A DNA stretch of 64,000 bases from an uncultured Fibrobacterota bacterium (GTDB taxonomy: Bacteria; Fibrobacterota; Chitinivibrionia; Chitinivibrionales; FEN-1185), in contig CAVWBU010000024.1 of assembly GCA_963753345.1 (NCBI GenBank), positions 171,483 through 235,482 on the forward strand, in the 5' to 3' direction. Under the pieces are notes generated by a model. The model was not told the origin of the DNA, did not search any database, and worked only from the letters and a program-made list of their open reading frames with translations. Below, piece by piece: positions 52,121 through 61,775 of the stretch. The translations under genes were made by a program, and so were the position numbers. Numbering within the stretch: position 1 is the first letter of the stretch; each line of letters starts with the position of its first letter.

Positions 52121-52939
52121 CTACCCTGCATGCTTCACAAAATGCAATCCGGCGTCAAAGTGGGTCGCGGTCGGCTCGGCCGCGTAAAGTCTGGGGTTGT
52201 CGATCCGCATTCCTCCGAGAAACGCCCTGTTAATCTCCTCCGGCGAAACGCCGGCGTTCCATGTTTCTCCCTCGTCCTGAACACGGTTGAGCGGATTGTT
52301 GAATACCACGGCGTCAAGGGGCGCCAGGGCCTTCTTTATCCGTTTGACCCACCAGCGATGGCGGTACGCGTGCATCCTGCCTTCAAGGGAGTTGGGGGCC
52401 GCAAACGAAATCTCCCGGATGATCTTTTTGATATGCGCGGCATGAAAGATATTGCCGTCGATGCTGAAGGGATAATTCCACGTGACCGGTTTTCTTTTGG
52501 AATAATTCCATTTCCACTCAAGGTACGGCTCGGCAACAATAAATTCCGGGGGCATGTCGCACCCATACCTCCTGCTTGCGCGCAGGCTTACAAACAGGTG
52601 CTCTTGTGTGAATGCGTCGAGCGTCTCTGCAAGCGAGGCTTTGCGGTGCACGACGTCGTCGTCGACCAGGAACATCGCCAGAGCCTCATCGTCGAGCCTG
52701 TTGCACAGCGCCGCCACGTCGCCGCGAAACGATTGTTCCTGCCGCCACAGCAGCCCGTCTGCCGCCGTCTCCCGCTGCGCGAGTTCGTATCCCGCCGCAA
52801 ACGCGGGGGACGTCGCCCTGTGCAGCACCGTGATGCTGGTGCAGGGCGCATAAAAATGATCGCTAAGGCTTTGCAGGAGAGACAGGACCTGACAGGCGCG
52901 GTCCTTGGAAAAGATTACGATATGAAGATCTCGAGACAT
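52121..52939 (-). CDS. hypothetical glycan-locus protein (possible glycosyltransferase)
   Basis: The 272-aa product starts MSRDLHIVIFSKDRACQVLSLLQSL, which looks like a GT-A-type N-terminus. The call rests on context only. Confidence 0.45.
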   Translation of the reverse strand: MSRDLHIVIFSKDRACQVLSLLQSLSDHFYAPCTSITVLHRATSPAFAAGYELAQRETAADGLLWRQEQSFRGDVAALCNRLDDEALAMFLVDDDVVHRKASLAETLDAFTQEHLFVSLRASRRYGCDMPPEFIVAEPYLEWKWNYSKRKPVTWNYPFSIDGNIFHAAHIKKIIREISFAAPNSLEGRMHAYRHRWWVKRIKKALAPLDAVVFNNPLNRVQDEGETWNAGVSPEEINRAFLGGMRIDNPRLYAAEPTATHFDAGLHFVKHAG

Positions 52940-52992
52940 CGTGGTTTGGTTGCGGACGGGCGCACAAGGGGAAAGCAGGCACGCCTCGGCCG

Positions 52993-54828
52993 TTACGCGG
53001 TCGCCTGCATAAACTGGATCTGATGGAGATACTTGTATCGTTTGTTAAGCTTCATGAGCTCGTCGTGCGTTCCCTGTTCGGTGAGCCGCCCGTCCTCCAG
53101 CACCAGGATCCGGTCGGCGCGCGCAATGGTCGACAGCCGGTGCGCCACCACAAGCGCCGTGCGGTCCTTCATGAGGGTGTTGATCGCGCTTTGCACCAGC
53201 CGCTCCGATTCGGTGTCCAGCGCGGACGTGGCCTCGTCGAGGATGAGGATCTGCGGGTTCTTGAGCAGGGCGCGCGCAATGGCCAGGCGCTGGCGCTGGC
53301 CGCCCGACAGCATGACGCCACGCTCGCCGATTACCGTTGAAAGCCCGCGGGGCATTTTCTCGATAAACTCCCAGGCCTGCGCCGCTTTGGCCGCCTCGAC
53401 GATGGCTTCGAGCGGCGCGCCGGTTATGCCGTACGAAATATTGTTCTGCACGGTATCGTTGAACAGCACCGTCTCCTGCGACACGATCCCGAACAGGCTG
53501 CGCAGGCCGACCAGGTCGAATTCCCTTGTGTCAATGCCGTCGATGGTGATGGAACCGCCCGAGATGTCGTAGAAGCGCGGCAGCAGGTCCAGAATGGTAG
53601 TCTTGCCGCTGCCGCTCGACCCCACGAGCGCGACCACCTGGCCCTTCGCAACCGTAAAGCTCACGTTGCGGATCACTTCCTCTTCGCATCCGGGGTAGGT
53701 GAAGCGCACGTCGGCCAGCCTAATCTCGTGTTCAAACGCCGGCGCCACGCTCGCGGCCACGCTCGGCAGCTTCTCCGGCGGCGTGTCGAGAATGGCGAAC
53801 ACCCGGTCGGCCGCGGCGAGCCCTGCCTGAATGGAGTTGTTTACCTGCGAGAGCGATTTGAGCGGCTGGAACATGATGAACAGAAAGGCCAGGAACCGAA
53901 CGAAATCCTCGCCGGTAAATCCTTTTCCCATGAGAACGTCGCGGCCGCCCAGCCAGAGCAGCGCGGCAACCATGAAAATGCCGAGCGTTTCGGTAAGCGG
54001 ACTCGACATCGCATTAAAGACCTGGACGCGAAAGCTGGTCTTGGTGAACCGCCTGTTCTCGGCCCGAAACTTCGCTTCCTCCGCCTCGTTCATGTTGAAC
54101 ATCTTGACGACACGGATGCAGTTCACCGTCTCGTTCATTATGGAAGAAAGTCCGGATATTATTTCGAGCGAACGCCTGCTTCTGCGGCGGACCGTTCTTC
54201 CGATTTGCACGACGAGCACGCCGAGAATGGGATAAATGCCGAACACGAACAGCGTGAGTTTGGGGCTTATGATGATAAGGACGGTAATGAAGAAAATCAG
54301 CCGGAGCGGGTCGGTGACGATCTTTTCGAACGTCCCCGTCATCGAATTGTTGATTGCGGCGATATCGTTGAACATGAGGGAAATGATATTACCCGACCGG
54401 TTGCGGTCGTAATAGGTTACCGGCAGGACGAGGGCGTGGGAATACAAGTGGTTGCGCATGTCGCGCGTGATGAAGAAATTAAGGTTGCCGGTGACCAGCC
54501 CCTTGACATAAGAAAAGATGTTCTTCGCGAGGAAAAATAGGATAAGCCACAGGCAGACGATCTTGAGCGTGTCGAAAACGTTGTCGCGCTTGACAAGAAG
54601 ATAGGTCCAGTATTTGAGGACCTCGTTGGCGTTGTTGATGGAAAACGCGGGCCGCGCCATGGTGAAGGATTCCGGCTTGAAAATCGACTTGATGAGGGGC
54701 CCGAAGAACCACAGGGACAGGGATTCGAACGTCACCACGAGGAGCGAGAGGACCACCGTGAGCACCAGCATGGGGATGTACGGCTTGAGGTAGCCGAGCA
54801 TGCGGAGATACTGTTTAAAGTGGTTCAT
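52993..54828 (-). CDS. ABC exporter, fused permease/ATPase (MsbA-like)
   Basis: There are six N-terminal TM helices. ATPase motifs are Walker A GSSGSGKTT, signature LSGGQRQRLAIARAL and Walker B ILILDEATSALD. Confidence 0.85.
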   Translation of the reverse strand: MNHFKQYLRMLGYLKPYIPMLVLTVVLSLLVVTFESLSLWFFGPLIKSIFKPESFTMARPAFSINNANEVLKYWTYLLVKRDNVFDTLKIVCLWLILFFLAKNIFSYVKGLVTGNLNFFITRDMRNHLYSHALVLPVTYYDRNRSGNIISLMFNDIAAINNSMTGTFEKIVTDPLRLIFFITVLIIISPKLTLFVFGIYPILGVLVVQIGRTVRRRSRRSLEIISGLSSIMNETVNCIRVVKMFNMNEAEEAKFRAENRRFTKTSFRVQVFNAMSSPLTETLGIFMVAALLWLGGRDVLMGKGFTGEDFVRFLAFLFIMFQPLKSLSQVNNSIQAGLAAADRVFAILDTPPEKLPSVAASVAPAFEHEIRLADVRFTYPGCEEEVIRNVSFTVAKGQVVALVGSSGSGKTTILDLLPRFYDISGGSITIDGIDTREFDLVGLRSLFGIVSQETVLFNDTVQNNISYGITGAPLEAIVEAAKAAQAWEFIEKMPRGLSTVIGERGVMLSGGQRQRLAIARALLKNPQILILDEATSALDTESERLVQSAINTLMKDRTALVVAHRLSTIARADRILVLEDGRLTEQGTHDELMKLNKRYKYLHQIQFMQATA

Positions 54829-55009
54829 CGAACGTTCCTGTTGCGCGGCGCCGACGCGCCTGCGGTACGAAGAAAATACCTCAACGAAGGAATATCATCA
54901 ACAGATTCGCGCGCGAAGTTTGTGGAGGCGCGCGAGAAACCGATACTATATTAGTTGATCCAAGGATCGATGTCTCATGCCGTTCTCCCTTGTCCCGAGC
55001 GAGCCTTCG

Positions 55010-55726
55010 ATGAGATGGGGCAGAAAAAACGTTGCGGGATTGATTGTCCTCTGTTGTTCCTTTTTGGCAATGGGCCAGCAGCAGGAGCTTTCATTCTCCT
55101 CGCGTCAACTATATGCCGCCGTAAGCCTCGCCTACAGCGCCCGCGCGGGGTACATCGATTTCGACAGCCCGCAAAAGAGCGTCGCCGTGGCAAAACCGGA
55201 CCTGCTTGCGCTCGGGCTCACGGCGGGATTCCGCTTTCCCCTCACTCGTCTGCTGCGCGCGCAACTCGGCCTGGCATTCGATGCGGGCGCAGCCACCGAC
55301 GACACCCTGTTCACCGCCCAGCCGTCTCTTGACAATTACTACTACTACCGCATCTCGTTTGAACCCTCGCTCCACTGTGCGCTCGCGCCGCCGTCGTGGC
55401 GCGCGGTCCCCTTTGCGGTGCTCGGCGCGGGCGTCAACGCTGTCTACGTGGACGAGCGGACGTTTTTTGCAAGCGACCCGGGCCAGGAGGTGATCTACAC
55501 CGACCGGTACTATGTCAAGCAGTGGTCGTGGTCGGTGAGCGCCAGCGCGGGCCTCGGACTCGACGTGCGGCTCACCCGTCGCATGGGAATCACCCTTGTC
55601 TCAACCTTTCGCTGGCTGTATCCCGTGTCCTGGGACGTCCAGGAGGATTTTCCGCTGTATGCGCTTCACTACACCGAAACGCTCTACGGCGACGTGACGT
55701 GGCTGGGCGTGACCTTCCGCATGTAA
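55010..55726 (+). CDS. hypothetical secreted beta-rich protein (possible OMP)
   Basis: The signal-like N-terminus is MRWGRKNVAGLIVLCCSFLAMGQQQ. Aromatic-rich strands are present. The start could also be 54977. Confidence 0.5.
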   Translation: MRWGRKNVAGLIVLCCSFLAMGQQQELSFSSRQLYAAVSLAYSARAGYIDFDSPQKSVAVAKPDLLALGLTAGFRFPLTRLLRAQLGLAFDAGAATDDTLFTAQPSLDNYYYYRISFEPSLHCALAPPSWRAVPFAVLGAGVNAVYVDERTFFASDPGQEVIYTDRYYVKQWSWSVSASAGLGLDVRLTRRMGITLVSTFRWLYPVSWDVQEDFPLYALHYTETLYGDVTWLGVTFRM

Positions 55727-55735
55727 ATCGCGGCG

Positions 55736-56581
55736 TCAGCGCCCGTGCTCCGGCAGCACCGCGCTCCTGACGAATCCGCACAATACCACGGCGGCAAGCT
55801 CGGTACGGAGCCGGTTCCCGGAGAGGGATACGAACACCGCCTTGCGGGACATGAGCGCCGTACTTTCCTTAGGAGAAAATCCTCCCGGCGGGCCCACAAA
55901 GCAGGACACGAACGGCGCATCCCGCACAACGCCGGCCGCCAGAGGCAGGGGCGCGCCCTTTTCGTCGGCAACAAGCGCCGGGCATCCCTCGCCCGCCGAA
56001 AGCGCCTCGGAAAATGCCGTCGGCCGGGCGAGAAGCGGCAGCCAGGCGCTGCGCGCCTGCTTGATTCCCGCGATCATTTTGGCGCGCAGCCGCGCCTCGT
56101 GTTTTTCCCACGCCCGCCACCACGGCTCCCGGCAGGACTCGCACAGGACCGGGACAATGGCCGCCGCGCCGAGCGCGGCCAGGTCCTGCACGAGGCCGCC
56201 GAATTCCTCTTTGTCGCACAGGCCCACGCACATGCGGACCTCGGGCGCAGCCCTCTCTGTTGTCACCATTTTCTCGACCGACAGCTGCGCCCCGTCGGGT
56301 GCCCGTCGTCCGGCGCGGCATTCGAAGATACGCCCCTTTCCGTCGGTGACGCGGAGCATTTGGTCCCGCGCGGCGCGCACCGCCGAAAACGCATGCCGGC
56401 ATTCCTCTTTGTCGAGGAATACCGCGCCGTTTTCGATGCGCGACGAAAAGAAGAGAAAGTGGGACGGGTCCGTGGCCTGTTTCTCCGGTTGATGGGTTGA
56501 CCAGGTGACGCATGAACGCGTCGACCTCAATCTTCCACTACGATCGCGTCCACCGGGCAATTCGCCGCAGCTTCGCGGCAC
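55736..56581 (-). CDS. rsmE: 16S rRNA (uracil1498-N3)-methyltransferase
   Basis: HFLFFSS..., VGPPGGFSPKEST and VSLSGNRLRTELAAVV are present. The true start is unresolved. The only canonical start (56581) overlaps the ferredoxin gene by 55 nt. Confidence 0.7.
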   Translation of the reverse strand: MPRSCGELPGGRDRSGRLRSTRSCVTWSTHQPEKQATDPSHFLFFSSRIENGAVFLDKEECRHAFSAVRAARDQMLRVTDGKGRIFECRAGRRAPDGAQLSVEKMVTTERAAPEVRMCVGLCDKEEFGGLVQDLAALGAAAIVPVLCESCREPWWRAWEKHEARLRAKMIAGIKQARSAWLPLLARPTAFSEALSAGEGCPALVADEKGAPLPLAAGVVRDAPFVSCFVGPPGGFSPKESTALMSRKAVFVSLSGNRLRTELAAVVLCGFVRSAVLPEHGR

Positions 56582-56721
56582 TTGTCCTTGAGCTCCACGG
56601 GAACGCGGTCCGTCGCGGGTTTTGCCACGTTGAACTCATCGTCCATCACAAAAACTTCGGGACACGTGTCGGCGCACAGGCCGCACCCGATGCAAACATC
56701 TTTCTTCACCGTCGCCTTCAT
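56527..56721 (-). CDS. 4Fe-4S ferredoxin (single-cluster type)
   Basis: The 64-aa product carries CIGCGLCADTCP ... CPVDAI. Confidence 0.8.
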   Translation of the reverse strand: MKATVKKDVCIGCGLCADTCPEVFVMDDEFNVAKPATDRVPVELKDKCREAAANCPVDAIVVED

Positions 56722-56774
56722 GAAATCCTCCTGGATGCCGTTTCGGAAAAAATAACTTGCAGCACCGGCCGGGA

Positions 56775-59700
56775 CTACTTCACGTACAACGTGAGAAGGC
56801 TGTCCAGCCTCCTGCTCAATTTCTGCGCGCCGGCGTAATTGAGGTGGTTGGGATCAAAAGCCTCGCTGCCGTCGTAATCGTGGTCGCCGCCGTTGTTCGC
56901 GTCGTAGAAATGGACAGCGGGGTTGGCGCGGCACAGGCTGTCGACCCATTGCGCAACGAGGCCGTACGTTGCGCGCGACGGCCCGTACCTGCCGATGGAA
57001 GAGGTGTATTTGTAAAGAGGGTTCTGGGGATAGTTGACGATAATGAGCTGCATGCCGTGCGCGGCCAGCGTGTCGGCCGTTGCCGCCACGGTGCGCAAGT
57101 TGGTCTGGACAAAAGTATCGGCAAAGGCGTAATCTCCTTTGTCAATAAGCGTGTCGCCCCACCCGCCCGACAGCCGGGACAGCGTAAACCCCGTCGAATC
57201 GACGTCGGGCCAGGAGGCGGGCGAGAGCGCGGCGATCTTGGACGCGACCTGCGCAGGGATCCCCGCCTTCCAGAAATTGTTTTTCTGATCGAACTGGAAC
57301 CCCTGCGAATCGTGGAGGCCGTCGAGAAACGGGTCGCTCCAGTAGTAATTGCTGTTGAGGAACCCAGGGTCGAGGTCCAAAATTACCCCTTTAAGGGGCG
57401 AATGCAACAGGAAGTAATCCTGGGCCAGCACCTCGGAGAGCAGCAGCTCGCCCATGAACGTGGCCATGTTGACGGCGGAGAAAGACCGGATGGCCGAAGG
57501 ATCGACACCGTAATACGCGGGGGAACTTCCCACCACGGCGACCTGGAATGCGGCGCACCGTTTCCAGAACAGCTTGAGCTTCTCGGTGATGGTGAGCTGC
57601 GAACCGTAGTTGGCCTCCATGGGCACGTCGTACTTGGCAAAATCCACATACGGGTCGGGAACCTCCGACACCTGGGCCGGATCTATCCAAAGGTAAGGGT
57701 CGCAGAGTCCGTCGCCCTGGGCCACTTTGAGGTACGACGAATCCTTGAGCGAAATCAGATACAGGGTGCCGTATGAGCCGGAGCTCTGCTTCGCGATTGC
57801 CGCGGCAAAATCCGGATGATTCGACCACTTCACATCGTCCCACTCGGCAAAGCCCGAGGGTTTTTCAAACCACTTTTGAACATGGTTGGGACAGGCAACG
57901 CACGAATTGCAGACAAAGATTATCGCATGGAATCCATACGGTTTTCCAACGACCGTGCTTGTTTTAGAATATCCGAAATCGAGAAACATGAGCTGGTCGG
58001 GATTCGAAAGGCTCGGGGAAATCGACACGTTGCACACCTGAATCGTATCGGCGTTGGTGCCCGAATAGGGCGGGAGGAAATATCGCGACAGGAAATTTTC
58101 TTTCACATCATAGAGATAGGCCCTTGGATACCCGGTGGCAAGATACAGTCCGTTTTTAGAAAATCCCCCGTTAAAGGAACCCTTTGCCGTCACCACCTGA
58201 GGTGAGGCGGATATCTTGCCGGCGGCAATATGCCAAAGCAGGGTGCGTTGGGAAGTCCATTGCGGGTCGTTATCCATGGTGGCTGCCTCGGCGCACACCA
58301 GGCTCGTGTCGCCTGTCGCCGTGTCGACCCACCACGACGGAAAATATGCCGACGCCGAGGCGGAGGTGCGGTCGCTGGGTTTCAGCGAATCGCCGAGCTT
58401 CCATACCGTGGTCTGTGAACGAGAGGAGAATCCCATGTCTTTTGATCCGTATGCCACGTATGCGCCGTTGGGAGATATCCGCGGCCCGAACGGCGTGGCC
58501 GTATCTCCAATCACGCGCACGGCCGGCGCGGACGAAGTAAAATCGACGTAGCACACCCTGCGCCTGATGCCGTTATCCTTGACAAAAGCAATTTTGAGCG
58601 ATGATGTGCCGACAAACGTGATAAGGTCCGATTTCTCGCAGGTCACGGTGATGCCCAGCGTGTCGCTCGCGTTAACCGGCGGCCTGCCGGACGTGTCCGG
58701 AAAGAAAACGCCGAGCACCGTGCGGAAACCGATGTGCGGGCTGATCACAAGCGCCGGGGCCTTGTAGGGCTCCTCGCTGCGGCTGCTCGAGCGCAGGAAC
58801 GACGTGCCGAGCTGAAAGCAGCCCCCCCGCACCGGTCGCTCGTAGGTCGCCTCGAATTGCTCGAGCGTCAGGTTTGTGGGTCCAATTGTGTTTGTAAGAG
58901 GCGAATCGGGGTACGGTGCGAGCCAGTCATTCACGAACTCGGACACGTTGCCTGCCATGTCGAACAGCCCGAAGGCGTTGGGCCGCGTATGGCCCACCGG
59001 GTGCGTGGTGCCTCCTGCATTGGTGGAATTCCAGGCATAGGCGCCCGCAGAAGCGGAATCGGCGGTGCTGTCGCCCCAGAAATAATCCGACGTCGTTCCC
59101 GCGCGGCACGCGTATTCCCATTCCGCCTCGGTGGGAAGCCGGTAGCCCATGCGGTCGTATTGCGATCACCAGGTTCTCGAGCATGTAGGGACAGCCCCCC
59201 GCCGTAGGGCACACCGCGTCGTAGGTGTACACTGTGTCGTATCCGTCAATCTTGCTTCGAGCGTTGCAGAACAGGGCCGCATTGTACCAGGTCACGTAAT
59301 ACACCGGGAAGCTGTCGCCCACGCCGAAGGTCCCCTGCGTGGCATTGGCCGTGGAGGGGTTTGTCCCCATCAGCGACCGGTACATGCCCTGCGTCACTTC
59401 GCATTTGTCCATAAAGTAGGCGTAGGTGAAACGCACCGGGTGCGGCGGCCGCTCGATGTCGTACGACATGCCGCTTTTCGACCCCATCAGGAATACGGCT
59501 CCGGCGGACCGGATCTCCACCATCTGCGCCGAGCCGGGTCTTTTGGCAAACCTTGCCGTGACGGAAACGTTCTTAGACGCTATGATACGCAATGGATTGG
59601 CGGTGGAACGGACGTCCCCGAAAAATCCAATAAAAACATAGCCGGTGCTCGCGGCAGCAGTCACCACCGCTTCGCTTCCCACAGCCACTTTGCCGCCGAC

Positions 59701-59898
59701 CGGGAAAACAGACACCGTGCCGTTGGAATCGACAGACGCGGTGATGGTCACCTTGGCGACGTTCGGGGAACCGAGCTGGTCGAGAGAGCATGAAACAAAG
59801 AGGAGGACAATGGCCGCCACAATGGCACAAGCGGCACGTATGTTGCATGGAGGTGCATGTTGCTTTGACATGACGTTATAAATACGTTTGTTCATCAT
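56775..59898 (-). pseudogene. large lipoprotein (Ig-like + FGE-sulfatase + PD40 propeller + C-terminal hydrolase-like region), frameshifted
   Basis: The upstream ORF (to 58927) contains YFMDKCEVTQGMY..VYYVTWYNAALFCNARS. The FGE domain continues in another frame from 59150 as GYRLPTEAEWEYACRAG..NAFGLFDMAGNVSEFVNDW. The frame switch falls at about 59150-59175. The lipobox is LLFVSCS. Confidence 0.7.
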
Positions 59899-60139
59899 AA
59901 TGATTGAGCGATTCTTATTGATTCGCAGCTGCTTGTCGCAGGAAAAATACATCGGAGGACGGAGCGCGGGAACATAGGCGGCAGGGCTGTCATTGACTTT
60001 GTCAGTACGCAAGTTCGTCCACTTTCAAATCAGAGCGCTGCCCTCCCTCATCCTAGGTTTCCGCCCGATTTACAAAATGTATATTATCACTCACGGTTAT
60101 TAATTCCGGTTTCTCTCTCACCCCAAAAGGAACCCCCCC

Positions 60140-61585
60140 TTGCCCGGTCCCGAAAACCTCAATCTCCTCCGCCTGTTCAGGGGCGCCGCGCTGTACGGCG
60201 TTTCGGACGTGGTGTTCGCGCTTGTCAGGTTCCTTCTCATCGCCGTGTACACCCGAATCCTCGCGCCCGCCGAGTTCGGGACCTACGCAATCATCGCGGC
60301 CACGCTCCAGCTTGTCTGCATTGTCGTTCCCGCCTGCATCCCCTCCGCAATGATGGTTTCGTTCAGGGAAAGTGACCCGAAAGGCATGGCCGCGCTCAGA
60401 AACACCTCCATGCTGTTTATTCTCCAGGTCTGCGTTGCAATCGGCGCGGCTTTCTTTGCATGCGCGCGCACCCTGTTCACGGGCACGGCCGTGTCGTCGC
60501 TTGCGGTCTGGCTGATCGTGTGGGGCGCATCCGACATGCTCTGCATGGTGCCGAAAATGTCGCTACGCTTCAACCAGAAAATCGTCCGGTTTGGCGCTGC
60601 GCGGATTCTGCGGGTGGCGGTGATGGTGGGCGTGCTCCTGTGGCTTGTCGAAGCCCGCGCCGCCGGCCTTGCCGCGATTGTCATTTCGGAAGCCGCGGCC
60701 GCTGCGGCAGAACTTGTGTTCTGCTGCATATTTGACGGGTTTTTGCCGCGACCTGCGCCCCTTGCGGGCCTGGGGACACTGCTCGGGCTGGGCCTGCCGC
60801 TCACCGCCGTGGGACTTGGCGTCTTTCTGAATGACCTTTCGGACAGGTATGTGGTCTTCCTGCTTCTGGGCAAGGAGGCAAACGGTTTTTATGCGGCGGC
60901 CGCGAAGATAGCCCTGGCAGGCTCGTTCTGCGCAGAAGCGTTCAATTCCATGTGGCTCCCCTATTACTTCAGGTATGCTCAGAAAAAGGAGTGTCATGAC
61001 CAGGAACTGCGTGAGTTTTCAAAAAAGCTTGTCCTGCTCTTTGGCGCGCTGTTCGGGTTTCTGTGCATCGTGCTGCCCCTCCTGGTGAGCCTCAGGATTC
61101 TCGGCAGGGATTTCCTTTCCCCGGCCTATCGCGGGGTTGCGGTTGTTGTCGCGCCGCTCACGCTTGCGTACTTCTTCAAGATGGCCACGTATGTGTCAAC
61201 GCCCATTCTCACCTTTCGTAGGAAAATCCTGAAACTCTCGGCCATCATCTGGACCGCCGCAGCCATAAATATCGCCGCCAACGTGGTCTGGTGCCGCGTG
61301 TTCGGGGAATCGCATCTGTATGCGGCCCTCACCGCAATCGCGCTCATGACCTCCCTGTCCTACGGCGTGTGCATGGTGTGGGTGTCGCGTGACGCCGGTC
61401 TGTTTACGATGCGTGACTGGTTTCTTTCGCCCATGACCCTTTTCTGCGGCGCACTCCTTGTTCCGGCTTTCCTGCCCCTGCCGGTGCTGCTCAGGCTCGG
61501 ACTGTGGGTCGTGCTTGCCGCCGTTCTCTATAAGAGGGAGTTTGCAAACAGCAACATACTGGGGCGGCTGATACACGGGGAGTGA
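60140..61585 (+). CDS. polysaccharide/O-antigen flippase (Wzx-like, MOP superfamily)
   Basis: The 481-aa product starts at a TTG and is highly hydrophobic, with about 12-14 predicted TM helices. It sits in the glycan locus. Confidence 0.65.
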   Translation: MPGPENLNLLRLFRGAALYGVSDVVFALVRFLLIAVYTRILAPAEFGTYAIIAATLQLVCIVVPACIPSAMMVSFRESDPKGMAALRNTSMLFILQVCVAIGAAFFACARTLFTGTAVSSLAVWLIVWGASDMLCMVPKMSLRFNQKIVRFGAARILRVAVMVGVLLWLVEARAAGLAAIVISEAAAAAAELVFCCIFDGFLPRPAPLAGLGTLLGLGLPLTAVGLGVFLNDLSDRYVVFLLLGKEANGFYAAAAKIALAGSFCAEAFNSMWLPYYFRYAQKKECHDQELREFSKKLVLLFGALFGFLCIVLPLLVSLRILGRDFLSPAYRGVAVVVAPLTLAYFFKMATYVSTPILTFRRKILKLSAIIWTAAAINIAANVVWCRVFGESHLYAALTAIALMTSLSYGVCMVWVSRDAGLFTMRDWFLSPMTLFCGALLVPAFLPLPVLLRLGLWVVLAAVLYKREFANSNILGRLIHGE

Positions 61586-61775
61586 AATGCGCGGCCGGCC
61601 GCGGCACATGCACAAAGAAACATCAAAACGCGTTTCTTAATCGTAATGTCTGTTGCGCTGCGCGGTCATTGCCGAGTTTACGGGGCGGCGCCGCGGGAAT
61701 TAATTTATCCGTCTTGACATTGTCCGCCGGGCAGCGATCAAGGTCGAACGTCATTTTTTCCAAGAAATTCTTTTC

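Noticed and set aside
59150-59175. Programmed ribosomal frameshifting in the FGE/PD40 gene, and likewise in GT9 at ~34872.
   Set aside because: No slippery heptamer (X XXY YYZ) or poly-A/T tract was seen at either junction, and no obvious downstream pseudoknot or hairpin. An indel (mutation or assembly error) is the simpler explanation.
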